A DNA stretch of 64,000 nt from Eledone cirrhosa (taxonomy: Eukaryota), in the NCBI GenBank assembly GCA_964016885.1, contig OZ024741.1, positions 25,110,001-25,174,000 of the forward strand. The letters are read 5' to 3'. Shown here in pieces: positions 25,801 to 39,700 of this stretch. Every line of letters starts with the position of its first letter. Within the stretch, counting starts at the first letter, position 1. Below the pieces are notes generated by a model that was given only the letters and a program-made list of their open reading frames with translations, had not been told where the DNA came from and did no database searches. The position numbers were made by a program, and so were the translations under genes.

Positions 25801-28800
25801 AAACAAAATAGACAGTGTCTTTTACTAGAAATATGGTAATGAAAGGGTTAAACAACAAATATGGTAATGAAAAGGTTAAACAACATAGACAGTGTCTTTT
25901 ATTAGAAATATGGTAATGAAAGGGTTAAACAACATAGACAGTGTCTTTTATTAGAAATATGATAATGAAAGGGTTAAACAACATAGACAGTGTCTTTTAT
26001 TAGAAATAGGGTAATGAAAGCGTTAAACAACATAGACAGGGTTTTTTATTAGAAATATGATAATGAAAGGGTTAAACAACATAGACAGTGTCTTCTATTA
26101 GAAATATGGTAATGAAAGGGTTAAACAACATAGACAGTGTCTTTTATTAGAAATATGGTAATGAAAGGGTTAAACAACATAGACAGTGTCTTTTATTAGA
26201 AATATGGTAATGAAAGGGTTAAACAACATAGACAGTGTCTTTTATTAGAAATATGGTAATGAAAGGGTTAAACAACATAGATAGTGTCTTTTATTAGAAA
26301 TATGGTAATGAAAGGGTTAAACAACATAGACAGTGTCTTTTATTAGAAATATGATAATGAAAGGGTTAAACAACATAGACAGTGTCTTTTATTAGAAATA
26401 TGGTAATGAAAGGGTTAAACAACATAGACAGTGTCTTTTATTAGAAATATGGTAATGAAAGGGTTAAACAACATAGACAGTGTCTTTTATTAGAAATATG
26501 GTAATGAAAGAGTTAAACAACATAGACAGTGTCTTTTATTAGAAATATGGTAATGAAAGGGTTAAACAACATAGACAGTGTCTTTTATTAGAAATATGGT
26601 AATGAAAGGCTTAAACAACATAGTCAGTGTCTTTTATTAGAAATATGGTAATGAAAGAGTTAAACAACATAGACAGTGTCTTTTATTAGAAATATGGTAA
26701 TGAAAGGGTTAAACAACAAATATGGTAATGAAAAGGTTAAACAACATAGACAGTGTCTTTTATTAGAAATATGATAATGAAAGGGTTAAACAACATAGAC
26801 AGTGTCTTTTATTAGAAATATGGTCATGAAAGTGTTAAACAACATAGACAGTGTCTTTTATTAGAAATATGGTAATGAAAGGCTTAAACAACATAGTCAG
26901 TGTCTTTTATTAGAAATATGGTAATGAAAGAGTTAAACAACATAGACAGTGTCTTTTATTAGAAATATGGTAATGAAAGGGTTAAACAACAAATATGGTA
27001 ATGAAAAGGTTAAACAACATAGACAGTGTCTTTTATTAGAAATATGGTAATGAAAGGGTTAAACAACATAGACAGTGTCTTTTATTAGAAATATGATAAT
27101 GAAAGTGTTAAACAACATAGACAGTGTGTTTTATTAGAAATATGGTAATGAAAGGGTTAAACAACATAGATAGTGTCTTTTATTAGAAATATGGTAATGA
27201 AAGGGTTAAACAACATAGACAGTATCTTTTATTAGAAATGTGGTAATGAAAGAGTTAAACAACATAGACAGTGTCTTTTATTAGAAATATGGTAATGAAA
27301 GGGTTAAACAACAAATATGGTAATGAAAAGGTTAAACGACATAGACAGTGTCTTTTATTAGAAATATGGTAATGAAAGGGTTAAACAACATAGACAGTGT
27401 CTTTTATTAGAAATATGATAATGAAAGGGTTAAACAACAAAGACAGTGTCTTTTATTAGAAATATGGTAATGAAAGGGTTAAACAACATAGACAGGGTTT
27501 TTTATTAGAAATATGGTAATGAAAGGGTTAAGCAACAAATATGGTAATGAAAAGGTTCAACAACATAGACAGTGTCTTTTATCAGAAATATGATAATGAA
27601 AGGGTTAAACAACATAGACAGTGTCTGTTATTAGAAATATGGTAATGAAAGGGTTAAACAACATAGACAGTGTGTTTTATTAGATATATGGTAATGAAAG
27701 GTTTAAACAACATAGACAGTGTGTTTTACTAGAAATATGGTAATGAAAGGGTTAAACAACATAGACAGTATCTTTTATTAGAAATATGGTAATGAAAGGT
27801 TCAACAACATAGACAGTGTCTTTTATTAGAAATATGGTAATGAAAGGGTTAAACAACATAGACAGTGTCTTTTATTAGAAATATGGTAATGAAAGGGTTA
27901 AACAACATAGACTGTGTCTTTTATTAGAAATATGGTAATGAAAGAGTTAAACAACATAGACAGTGTCTTTTATTAGAAATATGGGAATGAAAGGGTTAAA
28001 CAACATAGACAGTGTCTTTTATTACAAATATGGTAATGAAAGGCTTAAACAACATAGTCAGTGTCTTTTATTAGAAATATGGTAATGAAAGAGTTAAACA
28101 ACATAGACAGTGTCTTTTATTAAAAATATGGTAATGAAAGGGTTAAACAACAAATATGGTAATGAAAAGGTTAAACAACATAGACAGTGTCTTTTATTAG
28201 AAATATGATAATGAAAGGGTTAAACAACATAGACAGTGTCTTTTATTAGAAATATGGTCATGAAAGTGTTAAACAACATAGACAGTGTCTTTTATTAGAA
28301 ATATGGTAATGAAAGGCTTAAACAACATAGTCAGTGTCTTTTATTAGAAATATGGTAATGAAAGAGTTAAACAACATAGACAGTGTCTTTTATTAGAAAT
28401 ATGGTAATGAAAGGGTTAAACAACAAATATGGTAATGAAAAGGTTAAACAACATAGACAGTGTCTTTTATTAGAAATATGGTAATGAAAGGGTTAAACAA
28501 CATAGACAGTGTCTTTTATTAGAAATATGATAATGAAAGGGTTAAACAACATAGACAGTGTGTTTTATTAGAAATATGGTAATGAAAGGGTTAAACAACA
28601 TAGATAGTGTCTTTTATTAGAAATATGGTAATGAAAGGGTTAAACAACATAGACAGTATCTTTTATTCGAAATGTGGTAATGAAAGAGTTAAACAACATA
28701 GACAGTGTCTTTTATTAGAAATATGGTAATGAAAGGGTTAAACAACAAATATCGTAATGAAAAGGTTAAACAACATAGACAGTGTCTTTTATTAGAAATA

Positions 28801-29200
28801 TGATAATGAAAGGGTTAAACAACATAGACAGTGTCTTTTATTAGAAATATGGTAATGAAAGGGTTAAACAACATAGACAGTGTCTTTTATTAGAAATAAG
28901 ATAATGAAAGGCTTAAACAACATAGTCTGTCTTTTATTAGAAATATGGTAATGAAAGAGTTAAACAAAATAGACAGTGTCTTTTATTAGAAATATGGTAA
29001 TGAAAGGGTTAAACAACAAATATGGTAATGAAAAGGTTAAACAACATAGACAGTGTCTTTTATTAGAAATATGGTAATGAAAGGGTTAAACAACATAGAC
29101 AGTGTCTTTTATTAGAAATATGATAATGAAAGGGTTAAACAACATAGACAGTGTCTTTTATTAGAAATAGGGTAATGAAAGCGTTAAACAACAAAGACAG
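22900..29200. repeat. Dispersed ~1.5-kb duplicated block (offset 4569), with a further partial copy at +3463
   Basis: ATTACAAAT at 23456/28025/31488 and TATCGTAAT at 24184/28753/32216. Confidence 0.85.
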
Positions 29201-30499
29201 GGTTTTTTATTAGAAATATGATAATGAAAGGGTTAAACAACATAGACAGTGTCTTTTATTAGAAATATGGTAATGAAAGGGTTAAACAACATAGACAGTG
29301 TCTTTTATTAGAAATATGGTAATGAAAGGGTTAAACAACATAGACAGTGTCTTTTATTAGAAATATGGTAATGAAAGGGTTAAACAACATAGACAGTGTC
29401 TTTTATTAGAAATATGGTAATGAAAGGGTTAAACAACATAGACAGTGTCTTTTATTAGAAATATGGTAATGAAAGGCTTAAACAACATAGTCAGTGTCTT
29501 TTATTAGAAATATGGTAATGAAAGAGTTAAACAACATAGACAGTGTCTTTTATTAGAAATATGGTAATGAAAGGGTTAAACAACAAATATGGTAATGAAA
29601 AGGTTAAACAACATAGACAGTGTCTTTTATTAGAAATATGATAATGAAAGGGTTAAACAACATAGACAGTGTCTTTTATTAGAAATATGGTCATGAAAGT
29701 GTTAAACAACATAGACAGTGTCTTTTATTAGAAATATGGTAATGAAAGGCTTAAACAACATAGTCAGTGTCTTTTATTAGAAATATGGTAATGAAAGAGT
29801 TAAACAACATAGACAGTGTCTTTTATTAGAAATATGGTAATGAAAGGGTTAAACAACAAATATGGTAATGAAAAGGTTAAACAACATAGACAGTGTCTTT
29901 TATTAGAAATATGGTAATGAAAGGGTTAAACAACATAGACAGTGTCTTTTATTAGAAATATGATAATGAAAGTGTTAAACAACATAGACAGTGTGTTTTA
30001 TTAGAAATATGGTAATGAAAGGGTTAAACAACATAGATAGTGTCTTTTATTAGAAATATGGTAATGAAAGGGTTAAACAACATAGACAGTATCTTTTATT
30101 AGAAATGTGGTAATGAAAGAGTTAAACAACATAGACAGTGTCTTTTATTAGAAATATGGTAATGAAAGGGTTAAACAACAAATATGGTAATGAAAAGGTT
30201 AAACAACATAGACAGTGTCTTTTATTAGAAATATGGTAATGAAAGGGTTAAACAACATAGACAGTGTCTTTTATTAGAAATATGATAATGAAAGGGTTAA
30301 ACAACATAGACAGTGTCTTTTATTAGAAATATGGTAATGAAAGGGTTAAACAACATAGACAGGGTTTTTTATTAGAAATATGGTAATGAAAGGGTTAAAC
30401 AACAAATATGGTAATGAAAAGGTTCAACAACATAGACAGTGTCTTTTATCAGAAATATGATAATGAAAGGGTTAAACAACATAGACAGTGTCTTTTATT

Positions 30500-32200
30500 A
30501 GAAATATGGTAATGAAAGGGTTAAACAACATAGACAGTGTCTTTTATTAGAAATATGGTAATGAAAGAGTTAAACAACATAGACAGTGTCTTTTATTAGA
30601 AATATGGTAATGAAAGGGTTAAACAACATAGACAGTGTCTTTTATTACAAATATGGTAATGAAAGGCTTAAACAACATAGTCAGTGTCTTTTATTAGAAA
30701 TATGGTAATGAAAGAGTTAAACAACATAGACAGTGTCTTTTATTAGAAATATGGTAATGAAAGGGTTAAACAACAAATATGGTAATGAAAAGGTTAAACA
30801 ACATAGACAGTGTCTTTTATTAGAAATATGATAATGAAAGGGTTAAACAACATAGACAGTGTCTTTTATTAGAAATATGGTCATGAAAGTGTTAAACAAC
30901 ATAGACAGTGTCTTTTATTAGAAATATGGTAATGAAAGGCTTAAACAACATAGTCAGTGTCTTTTATTAGAAATATGGTAATGAAAGAGTTAAACAACAT
31001 AGACAGTGTCTTTTATTAGAAATATGGTAATGAAAGGGTTAAACAACAAATATGGTAATGAAAAGGTTAAACAACATAGACAGTGTCTTTTATTAGAAAT
31101 ATGGTAATGAAAGGGTTAAACAACATAGACAGTGTCTTTTATTAGAAATATGATAATGAAAGGGTTAAACAACATAGACAGTGTGTTTTATTAGAAATAT
31201 GGTAATGAAAGGGTTAAACAACATAGATAGTGTCTTTTATTAGAAATATGGTAATGAAAGGGTTAAACAACATAGACAGTATCTTTTATTCGAAATGTGG
31301 TAATGAAAGAGTTAAACAACATAGACAGTGTCTTTTATTAGAAATATGGTAATGAAAGGGTTAAACAACATAGACAGTGTCTTTTATTAGAAATATGGTA
31401 ATGAAAGAGTTAAACAACATAGACAGTGTCTTTTATTAGAAATATGGTAATGAAAGGGTTAAACAACATAGACCGTGTCTTTTATTACAAATATGGTAAT
31501 GAAAGGCTTAAACAACATAGTCAGTGTCTTTTATTAGAAATATGGTAATGAAAGAGTTAAACAACATAGACAGAGTCTTTTATTAGAAATATGGTAATGA
31601 AAGGGTTAAACAACAAATATGGTAATGAAAAGGTTAAACAAAATAGACAGTGTCTTTTATTAGAAATATGATAATGAAAGGGTTAAACAACATAGACAGT
31701 GTCTTTTATTAGAAATATGGTCATGAAAGTGTTAAACAACATAGACAGTGTCTTTTATTAGAAATATGGTAATGAAAGGCTTAAACAACATAGTTAGTGT
31801 CTGTTATTAGAAATATGGTAATGAAAGAGTTAAACAACATAGACAGTGTCTTTTATTAGAAATATGGTAATGAAAGGGTTAAACAACAAATATGGTAATG
31901 AAAAGGTTAAACAACATAGACAGTGTCTTTTATTAGAAATATGGTAATGAAAGGGTTAAACAACATAGACAGTGTCTTTTATTAGAAATATGATAATGAA
32001 AGGGTTAAACAACATAGACAGTGTGTTTTATTAGAAATATGGTAATGAAAGGGTTAAACAACATAGATAGTGTCTTTTATTAGAAATATGGTAATGAAAG
32101 GGTTAAACAACATAGACAGTATCTTTTATTCGAAATGTGGTAATGAAAGAGTTAAACAACATAGACAGTGTCTTTTATTAGAAATATGGTAATGAAAGGG
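30500..32200. repeat. 840-bp tandem duplication (18 monomers: 16x49 + 2x28)
   Basis: ATTACAAAT 30648/31488, GGTCATGAAAGTG 30881/31721 and TTCGAAATGTGG 31291/32131 all pair at +840. The second copy has a few private substitutions. Confidence 0.92.
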
Positions 32201-34799
32201 TTAAACAACAAATATCGTAATGAAAAGGTTAAACAACATAGACAGTGTCTTTTATTAGAAATATGATAATGAAAGGGTTAAACAACATAGACAGTGTCTT
32301 TTATTAGAAATATGGTAATGAAAGGGTTAAACAACATAGACAGTGTCTTTTATTAGAAATAAGATAATGAAAGGCTTAAACAACATAGTCAGTGTCTTTT
32401 ATTAGAAATATGGTAATGAAAGAGTTAAACAAAATAGACAGTGTCTTTTATTAGAAATATGGTAATGAAAGGGTTAAACAACAAATATGGTAATGAAAAG
32501 GTTAAACAACATAGACAGTGTCTTTTATTAGAAATATGGCAATGAAAGGGTTAAACAACATAGACAGTGTCTTTTATTAGAAATATGATAATGAAAGGGT
32601 TAAACAACATAGACAGTGTCTTTTATTAGAAATAGGGTAATGAAAGCGTTAAACAACATAGACAGGGTTTTTTATTAGAAATATGATAATGAAAGGGTTA
32701 AACAACATAGACAGTGTCTTTTATTAGAAATATGGTAATGAAAGGGTTAAACAACATAGACAGTTTCTTTTATTAGAAATATGGTAATGAAAGGGTTAAA
32801 CAACATAGACAGTGTCTTTTATTAGAAATATGGTAATGAAAGGGTTAAACAACATAGACAGTGTCTTTTATTAGAAATATGGTAATGAAAGGGTTAAACA
32901 ACATAGATAGTGTCTTTTATTAGAAATATGGTAATGAAAGGGTTAAATAACATAGACAGTGTCTTTTATTAGAAATATGATAATGAAAGGGTTAAACAAC
33001 ATAGACAGTGTCTTTTATTAGAAATATGGTAATGAAAGGCTTAAACAACATAGTCAGTGTCTTTTACTAGAAATATGGTAATGAAAGAGTTAAACAACAT
33101 AGACAGTGTCTTTTATTAGAAATATGGTAATGAAAGGGTTAAACAACAAATATGGTAATGAAAAGGTTAAACAACATAGACAGTGTCTTTTATTAGAAAT
33201 ATGATAATGAAAGGGTTAAACAACATAGACAGCGTCTTTTATTAGAAATATGGTCATGAAAGTGTTAAACAACATAGACAGTGTCTTTTATTAGAAATAT
33301 GGTAATGAAAGGCTTAAACAACATAGTCAGTGTCTTTTATTAGAAATATGGTAATGAAAGAGTTAAACAACATAGACAGTGTCTTTTATTAGAAATATGG
33401 TAATGAAAGGGTTAAACAACAAATATGGTAATGAAAAGGTTAAACAACATAGACAGTGTCTTTTATTAGAAATATGGTAATGAAAGGGTTAAACAACATA
33501 GACAGTGTCTTTTATTAGAAATATGATAATGAAAGTGTTAAACAACATAGACAGTGTGTTTTATTAGAAATATGGTAATGAAAGGGTTAAACAACATAGA
33601 TAGTGTCTTTTATTAGAAATATGGTAATGAAAGGGTTAAACAACATAGAGAGTATCTTTTATTAGAAATGTGGTAATGAAAGAGTTAAACAACATAGACA
33701 GTGTCTTTTATTAGAAATATGGTAATGAAAGGGTTAAACAACATAGACAGTGTCTTTTATTAGAAATAGGGTAATGAAAGGGTTAAACAACATAGTGTCT
33801 TCTATTAGAAATAGGGTAATGAAAGCGTTAAACAACATAGACAGGGTTTTTTATTAGAAATATGATAATGAAAGGGTTAAACAACATAGACAGTGTCTTT
33901 TATTAGAAATATGGTAATGAAAGGGTTAAACAACATAGACAGTGTCTTTTATTAGAAATATGGTAATGAAAGGGTTAAACAACATAGACAGTGTCTTTTA
34001 TTAGAAATATGGTAATGAAAGGGTTAAACAACATAGACAGTGTCTTTTATTAGAAATATGGTAATGAAAGGGTTAAACAACATAGACAGTGTCTTTTATT
34101 AGAAATATGATAATGAAAGGGTTAAACAACATAGACAGGGTTTTTTATTAGAAATATGGTAATGAAAGGGTTAAACAACAAATATGGTAATGAAAAGGTT
34201 AAAAAACATAGACAGTGTCTTTTATTAGAAATATGATAATGAAAGGGTTAAACAACATAGACAGTGTCTGTTATTAGAAATATGGTAATGAAAGGGTTAA
34301 ACAACATAGACAGTGTGTTTTATTAGATATATGGTAATGAAAGGGTTGAAAAACATAGACAGTGTGTTTTATTAGAAATATGGTAATGAAAGGGTTAAAC
34401 AACATAGACAGTATCGTTTATTAGAAATATGGTAATGAAAGGGATCAACAACATAGACAGTGTCTTTTATTAGAAATATGGTAATGAAAGGGTTAAACAA
34501 CATAGACAGTGTCTTTTATTAGAAATATGGTAATGAAAGAGTTAAACAACATAGACAGTGTCTTTTATTAGAAATATGGTAATGAAAGGGTTAAACAACA
34601 TAGACAGTGTCTTTTATTAGAAATATGGTAATGAAAGGCTTAAACAACATAGTCAGTGTCTTTTATTAGAAATATGGTAATGAAAGAGTTAAACAACATA
34701 GACAGTGTCTTTTATTAGAAATATGGTAATGAAAGGGTTAAACAACAAATATGGTAATGAAAAGGTTAAACAACATAGACAGTGTCTTTTATTAGAAAT

Positions 34800-37700
34800 A
34801 TGATAATGAAAGGGTTAAACAACATAGACAGTGTCTTTTATTAGAAATATGGTAATGAAAGGGTTAAACAACATAGACAGTGTCTTTTATTAGAAATATG
34901 GTAATGAAAGGCTTAAACAACATAGCCAGTGTCTTTTATTAGAAATATGGTAATGAAAGAGTTAAACAACATAGACAGTGTCTTTTATTAGAAATATGGT
35001 AATGAAAGGGTTAAACAACATAGACAGTGTCTTTTATTAGAAATATGATAATGAAAGGGTTAAACAGCATAGACAGTGTGTTTTATTAGAAATATGGTAA
35101 TGAAAGGGTTAAACAACATAGACAGTGTCTTTTATTAGAAATATGGTAATGAAAGGGTTAAACAACATAGACAGTATCTTTTATTAGAAATATGGTAATG
35201 AAAGAGTTAAACAACATAGACAGTGTCTTTTATTAGAAATATGGTAATGAAAGGGTTAAACAACAAATATGGTAATGAAAAGGTTAAACAACATAGACAG
35301 CGTCGTTTATTAGAAATATGATAATGAAAGGGTTAAACAGCATAGACAGTGTGTTTTATTAGAAATATGGTAATGAAAGGGTTAAACAACATAGACAGTG
35401 TCTTTTATTAGAAATATGGTAATGAAAGGGTTAAACAACATAGATAGTGTCTTTTATTAGAAATATGGTAATGAAAGGGTTAAACAACATAGACAGTGTC
35501 TTTTATTAGAAATATGATAATGAAAGGGTTAAACAACATAGACAGTGTGTTTTATTAGAAATAGGGTAATGAAAGGGTTAAACAACATAGTGTCTTCTAT
35601 TAGAAATATGATAATGAAAGGGTTAAACAACTTAGACAGTGTCTTTTATTAGAAATATGGTAATGAAAGGGTTAAACAACATAGACAGTGTCTTTTATTA
35701 GAAATATGGTAATGAAAGGGTTAAACAACATAGACAGTGTCTTTTATTAGAAATATGGTAATGAAAGAGTTAAACAACATAGACAGTGTCTTTTATTAGA
35801 AATATGGTAATGAAAGGCTTAAACAACATAGTCAGTGTCTTTTATTAGAAATATGGTAATGAAAGGGTTAAACAACATAGACAGTGTCTTTTATTAGAAA
35901 TATGGTAATGAAAGGCTTAAACAACATAGTCAGTGTCTTTTATTAGAAATATGGTAATGAAAGAGTTAAACAACATAGACAGTGTCTTTTATTAGAAATA
36001 TGGTAATGAAAGGGTTAAACAACAAATATGGTAATGAAAAGGTTAAATAACATAGACAGTGTCTTTTATTAGAAATATGATAATGAAAGGGTTAAACAAC
36101 ATAGACAGTGTCTTTTATTAGAAATATAGTAATGAAAGGGTTAAACAACATAGACAGTGTCTTTTATTAGAAATATGGTAATTAAAGGCTTAAACAACAT
36201 AGTCAGTGTCTTTTATTAGAAATATGGTAATGAAAGAGTTAAACAACATAGACAGTGTCTTTTATTAGAAATATGGTAATGAAAGGGTTAAACAACAAAT
36301 ATGGTAATGAAAAGGTTAAACAACATAGACAGTGTCTTTTATTAGAAATATGGTAATGAAAGGGTTAAACAACATAGACAGTGTCTTTTATTAGAAATAT
36401 GATAATGAAAGGGTTAAACAACATAGACAGTGTCTTTTATTAGAAATATGGTAATGAAAGGGTTAAACAACATAGACAGTATCTTTTATTAGAAATATGG
36501 TAATGAAAGAGTTAAACAACATAGACAGTGTCTTTTATTAGAAATATGGTAATGAAAGGGTTAAACAACAAATATGGTAATGAAAAGGTTGAACAACATA
36601 GACAGTGTCTTTTATTAGAAATATGATAATGAAAGGGTTAAACAACATAGACAGTGTCTTTTATTAGAAATATGGTAATGAAAGGGTTAAACAACATAGA
36701 CAGTGTCTTTTATTAGAAATATGGTAATGAAAGGCTTAAACAACATAGTCAGTGTCTTTTATTAGAAATATGGTAATGAAAGAGTTAAACAACATAGACA
36801 GTGTCTTTTATTAGAAATATGGTAATGAAAGGGTTAAACAACATAGACAGTGTCTTTTATTAGAAATATGGTAATGAAAGGGTTAAACAACATAGATAGT
36901 GTCTTTTATTAGAAATATGGTAATGAAAGGGTTAAACAACATAGACAGTGTCTTTTATTAGAAATATGATAATGAAAGGGTTAAACAACATAGACAGTGT
37001 GTTTTATTAGAAATAGGGTAATGAAAGGGTTAAACAACATAGTGTCTTCTATTAGAAATATGATAATGAAAGGGTTAAACAACTTAGACAGTGTCTTTTA
37101 TTAGAAATATGGTAATGAAAGGGTTAAACAACATAGACAGTGTCTTTTATTAGAAATATGGTAATGAAAGGGTTAAACAACATAGACAGTGTCTTTTATT
37201 AGAAATATGGTAATGAAAGGGTTAAACAACATAGACAGTGTCTTTTATTAGAAATATGGTAATGAAAGGGTTAAACAACATAGACAGTGTCTTTTATTAG
37301 AAATATGGTAATGAAAGGCTTAAACAACATAGCCAGTGTCTTTTATTAGAAATATGGTAATGAAAGAGTTAAACAACATAGACAGTGTCTTTTATTAGAA
37401 ATATGGTAATGAAAGGGTTAAACAACATAGACAGTGTCTTTTATTAGAAATATGATAATGAAAGGGTTAAACAGCATAGACAGTGTGTTTTATTAGAAAT
37501 ATGGTAATGAAAGGGTTAAACAACATAGACAGTGTCTTTTATTAGAAATATGGTAATGAAAGGGTTAAACAACATAGACAGTATCTTTTATTAGAAATAT
37601 GGTAATGAAAGAGTTAAACAACATAGACAGTGTCTTTTATTAGAAATATGGTAATGAAAGGGTTAAACAACAAATATGGTAATGAAAAGGTTAAACAACA

Positions 37701-39700
37701 TAGACAGTGTCGTTTATTAGAAATATGATAATGAAAGGGTTAAACAATATAGACAGTGTCTTTTATTAGAAATATGGTAATGAAAGGCTTAAACAACATA
37801 GAGAGTGGCTTTTATTAGAAATATGGTAATGAAAGGGTTAAACAACATAGACAGTGTCTTTTATTAGAAATATGGTAATGAAAGTGTTAAACAACATAGA
37901 TAGTGTCTTTTATTAGAAATATGGTAATGAAAGGGTTAAACAACATAGACAGTGTCTTTTATTAGAAATATGATAATGAAAGGGTTAAACAACATAGACA
38001 GTGTGTTTTATTAGAAATAGGGTAATGAAAGGGTTAAACAACATAGTGTCTTCTATTAGAAATATGATAATGAAAGGGTTAAACAACTTAGACAGTGTCT
38101 TTTATTAGAAATATGGTAATGAAAGGGTTAAACAACATAGACAGTGTCTTTTATTAGAAATATGGTAATGAAAGGGTTAAACAACATAGACAGTGTCTTT
38201 TATTAGAAATATGGTAATGAAAGAGTTAAACAACATAGACAGTGTCTTTTATTAGAAATATGGTAATGAAAGGCTTAAACAACATAGTCAGTGTCTTTTA
38301 TTAGAAATATGGTAATGAAAGGGTTAAACAACATAGACAGTGTCTTTTATTAGAAATATGGTAATGAAAGGCTTAAACAACATAGTCAGTGTCTTTTATT
38401 AGAAATATGGTAATGAAAGAGTTAAACAACATAGACAGTGTCTTTTATTAGAAATATGGTAATGAAAGGGTTAAACAACAAATATGGTAATGAAAAGGTT
38501 AAACAACATAGACAGTGTCTTTTATTAGAAATATGATAATGAAAGGGTTAAACAACATAGACAGTGTCTTTTATTAGAAATATAGTAATGAAAGGGTTAA
38601 ACAACATAGACAGTGTCTTTTATTAGAAATATGGTAATTAAAGGCTTAAACAACATAGTCAGTGTCTTTTATTAGAAATATGGTAATGAAAGAGTTAAAC
38701 AACATAGACAGTGTCTTTTATTAGAAATATGGTAATGAAAGGGTTAAACAACAAATATGGTAATGAAAAGGTTAAACAACATAGACAGTGTCTTTTATTA
38801 GAAATATGGTAATGAAAGGGTTAAACAACATAGACAGTGTCTTTTATTAGAAATATGATAATGAAAGGGTTAAACAACATAGACAGTGTCTTTTATTAGA
38901 AATATGGTAATGAAAGGGTTAAACAACATAGACAGTATCTTTTATTAGAAATATGGTAATGAAAGAGTTAAACAACATAGACAGTGTCTTTTATTAGAAA
39001 TATGGTAATGAAAGGGTTAAACAACAAATATGGTAATGAAAAGGTTGAACAACATAGACAGTGTCTTTTATTAGAAATATGATAATGAAAGGGTTAAACA
39101 ACATAGACAGTGTCTTTTATTAGAAATATGGTAATGAAAGGGTTAAACAACATAGACAGTGTCTTTTATTAGAAATATGGTAATGAAAGGCTTAAACAAC
39201 ATAGTCAGTGTCTTTTATTAGAAATATGGTAATGAAAGAGTTAAACAACATAGACAGTGTCTTTTATTAGAAATATGGTAATGAAAGGGTTAAACAACAT
39301 AGACAGTGTCTTTTATTAGAAATATGGTAATGAAAGGGTTAAACAACATAGATAGTGTCTTTTATTAGAAATATGGTAATGAAAGGGTTAAACAACATAG
39401 ACAGTGTCTTTTATTAGAAATATGATAATGAAAGGGTTAAACAACATAGACAGTGTGTTTTATTAGAAATAGGGTAATGAAAGGGTTAAACAACATAGTG
39501 TCTTCTATTAGAAATATGATAATGAAAGGGTTAAACAACTTAGACAGTGTCTTTTATTAGAAATATGGTAATGAAAGGGTTAAACAACATAGACAGTGTC
39601 TTTTATTAGAAATATGGTAATGAAAGGGTTAAACAACATAGACAGTGTCTTTTATTAGAAATATGGTAATGAAAGGGTTAAACAACATAGACAGTGTCTT
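34800..39700. repeat. ~2.45-kb tandem duplication (offset 2456/2407)
   Basis: AACTTAGAC 35632/38088 and 37084/39540 pair at +2456. ATAGCCAGT 34926/37333 pairs at +2407 (one monomer fewer). Confidence 0.88.
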
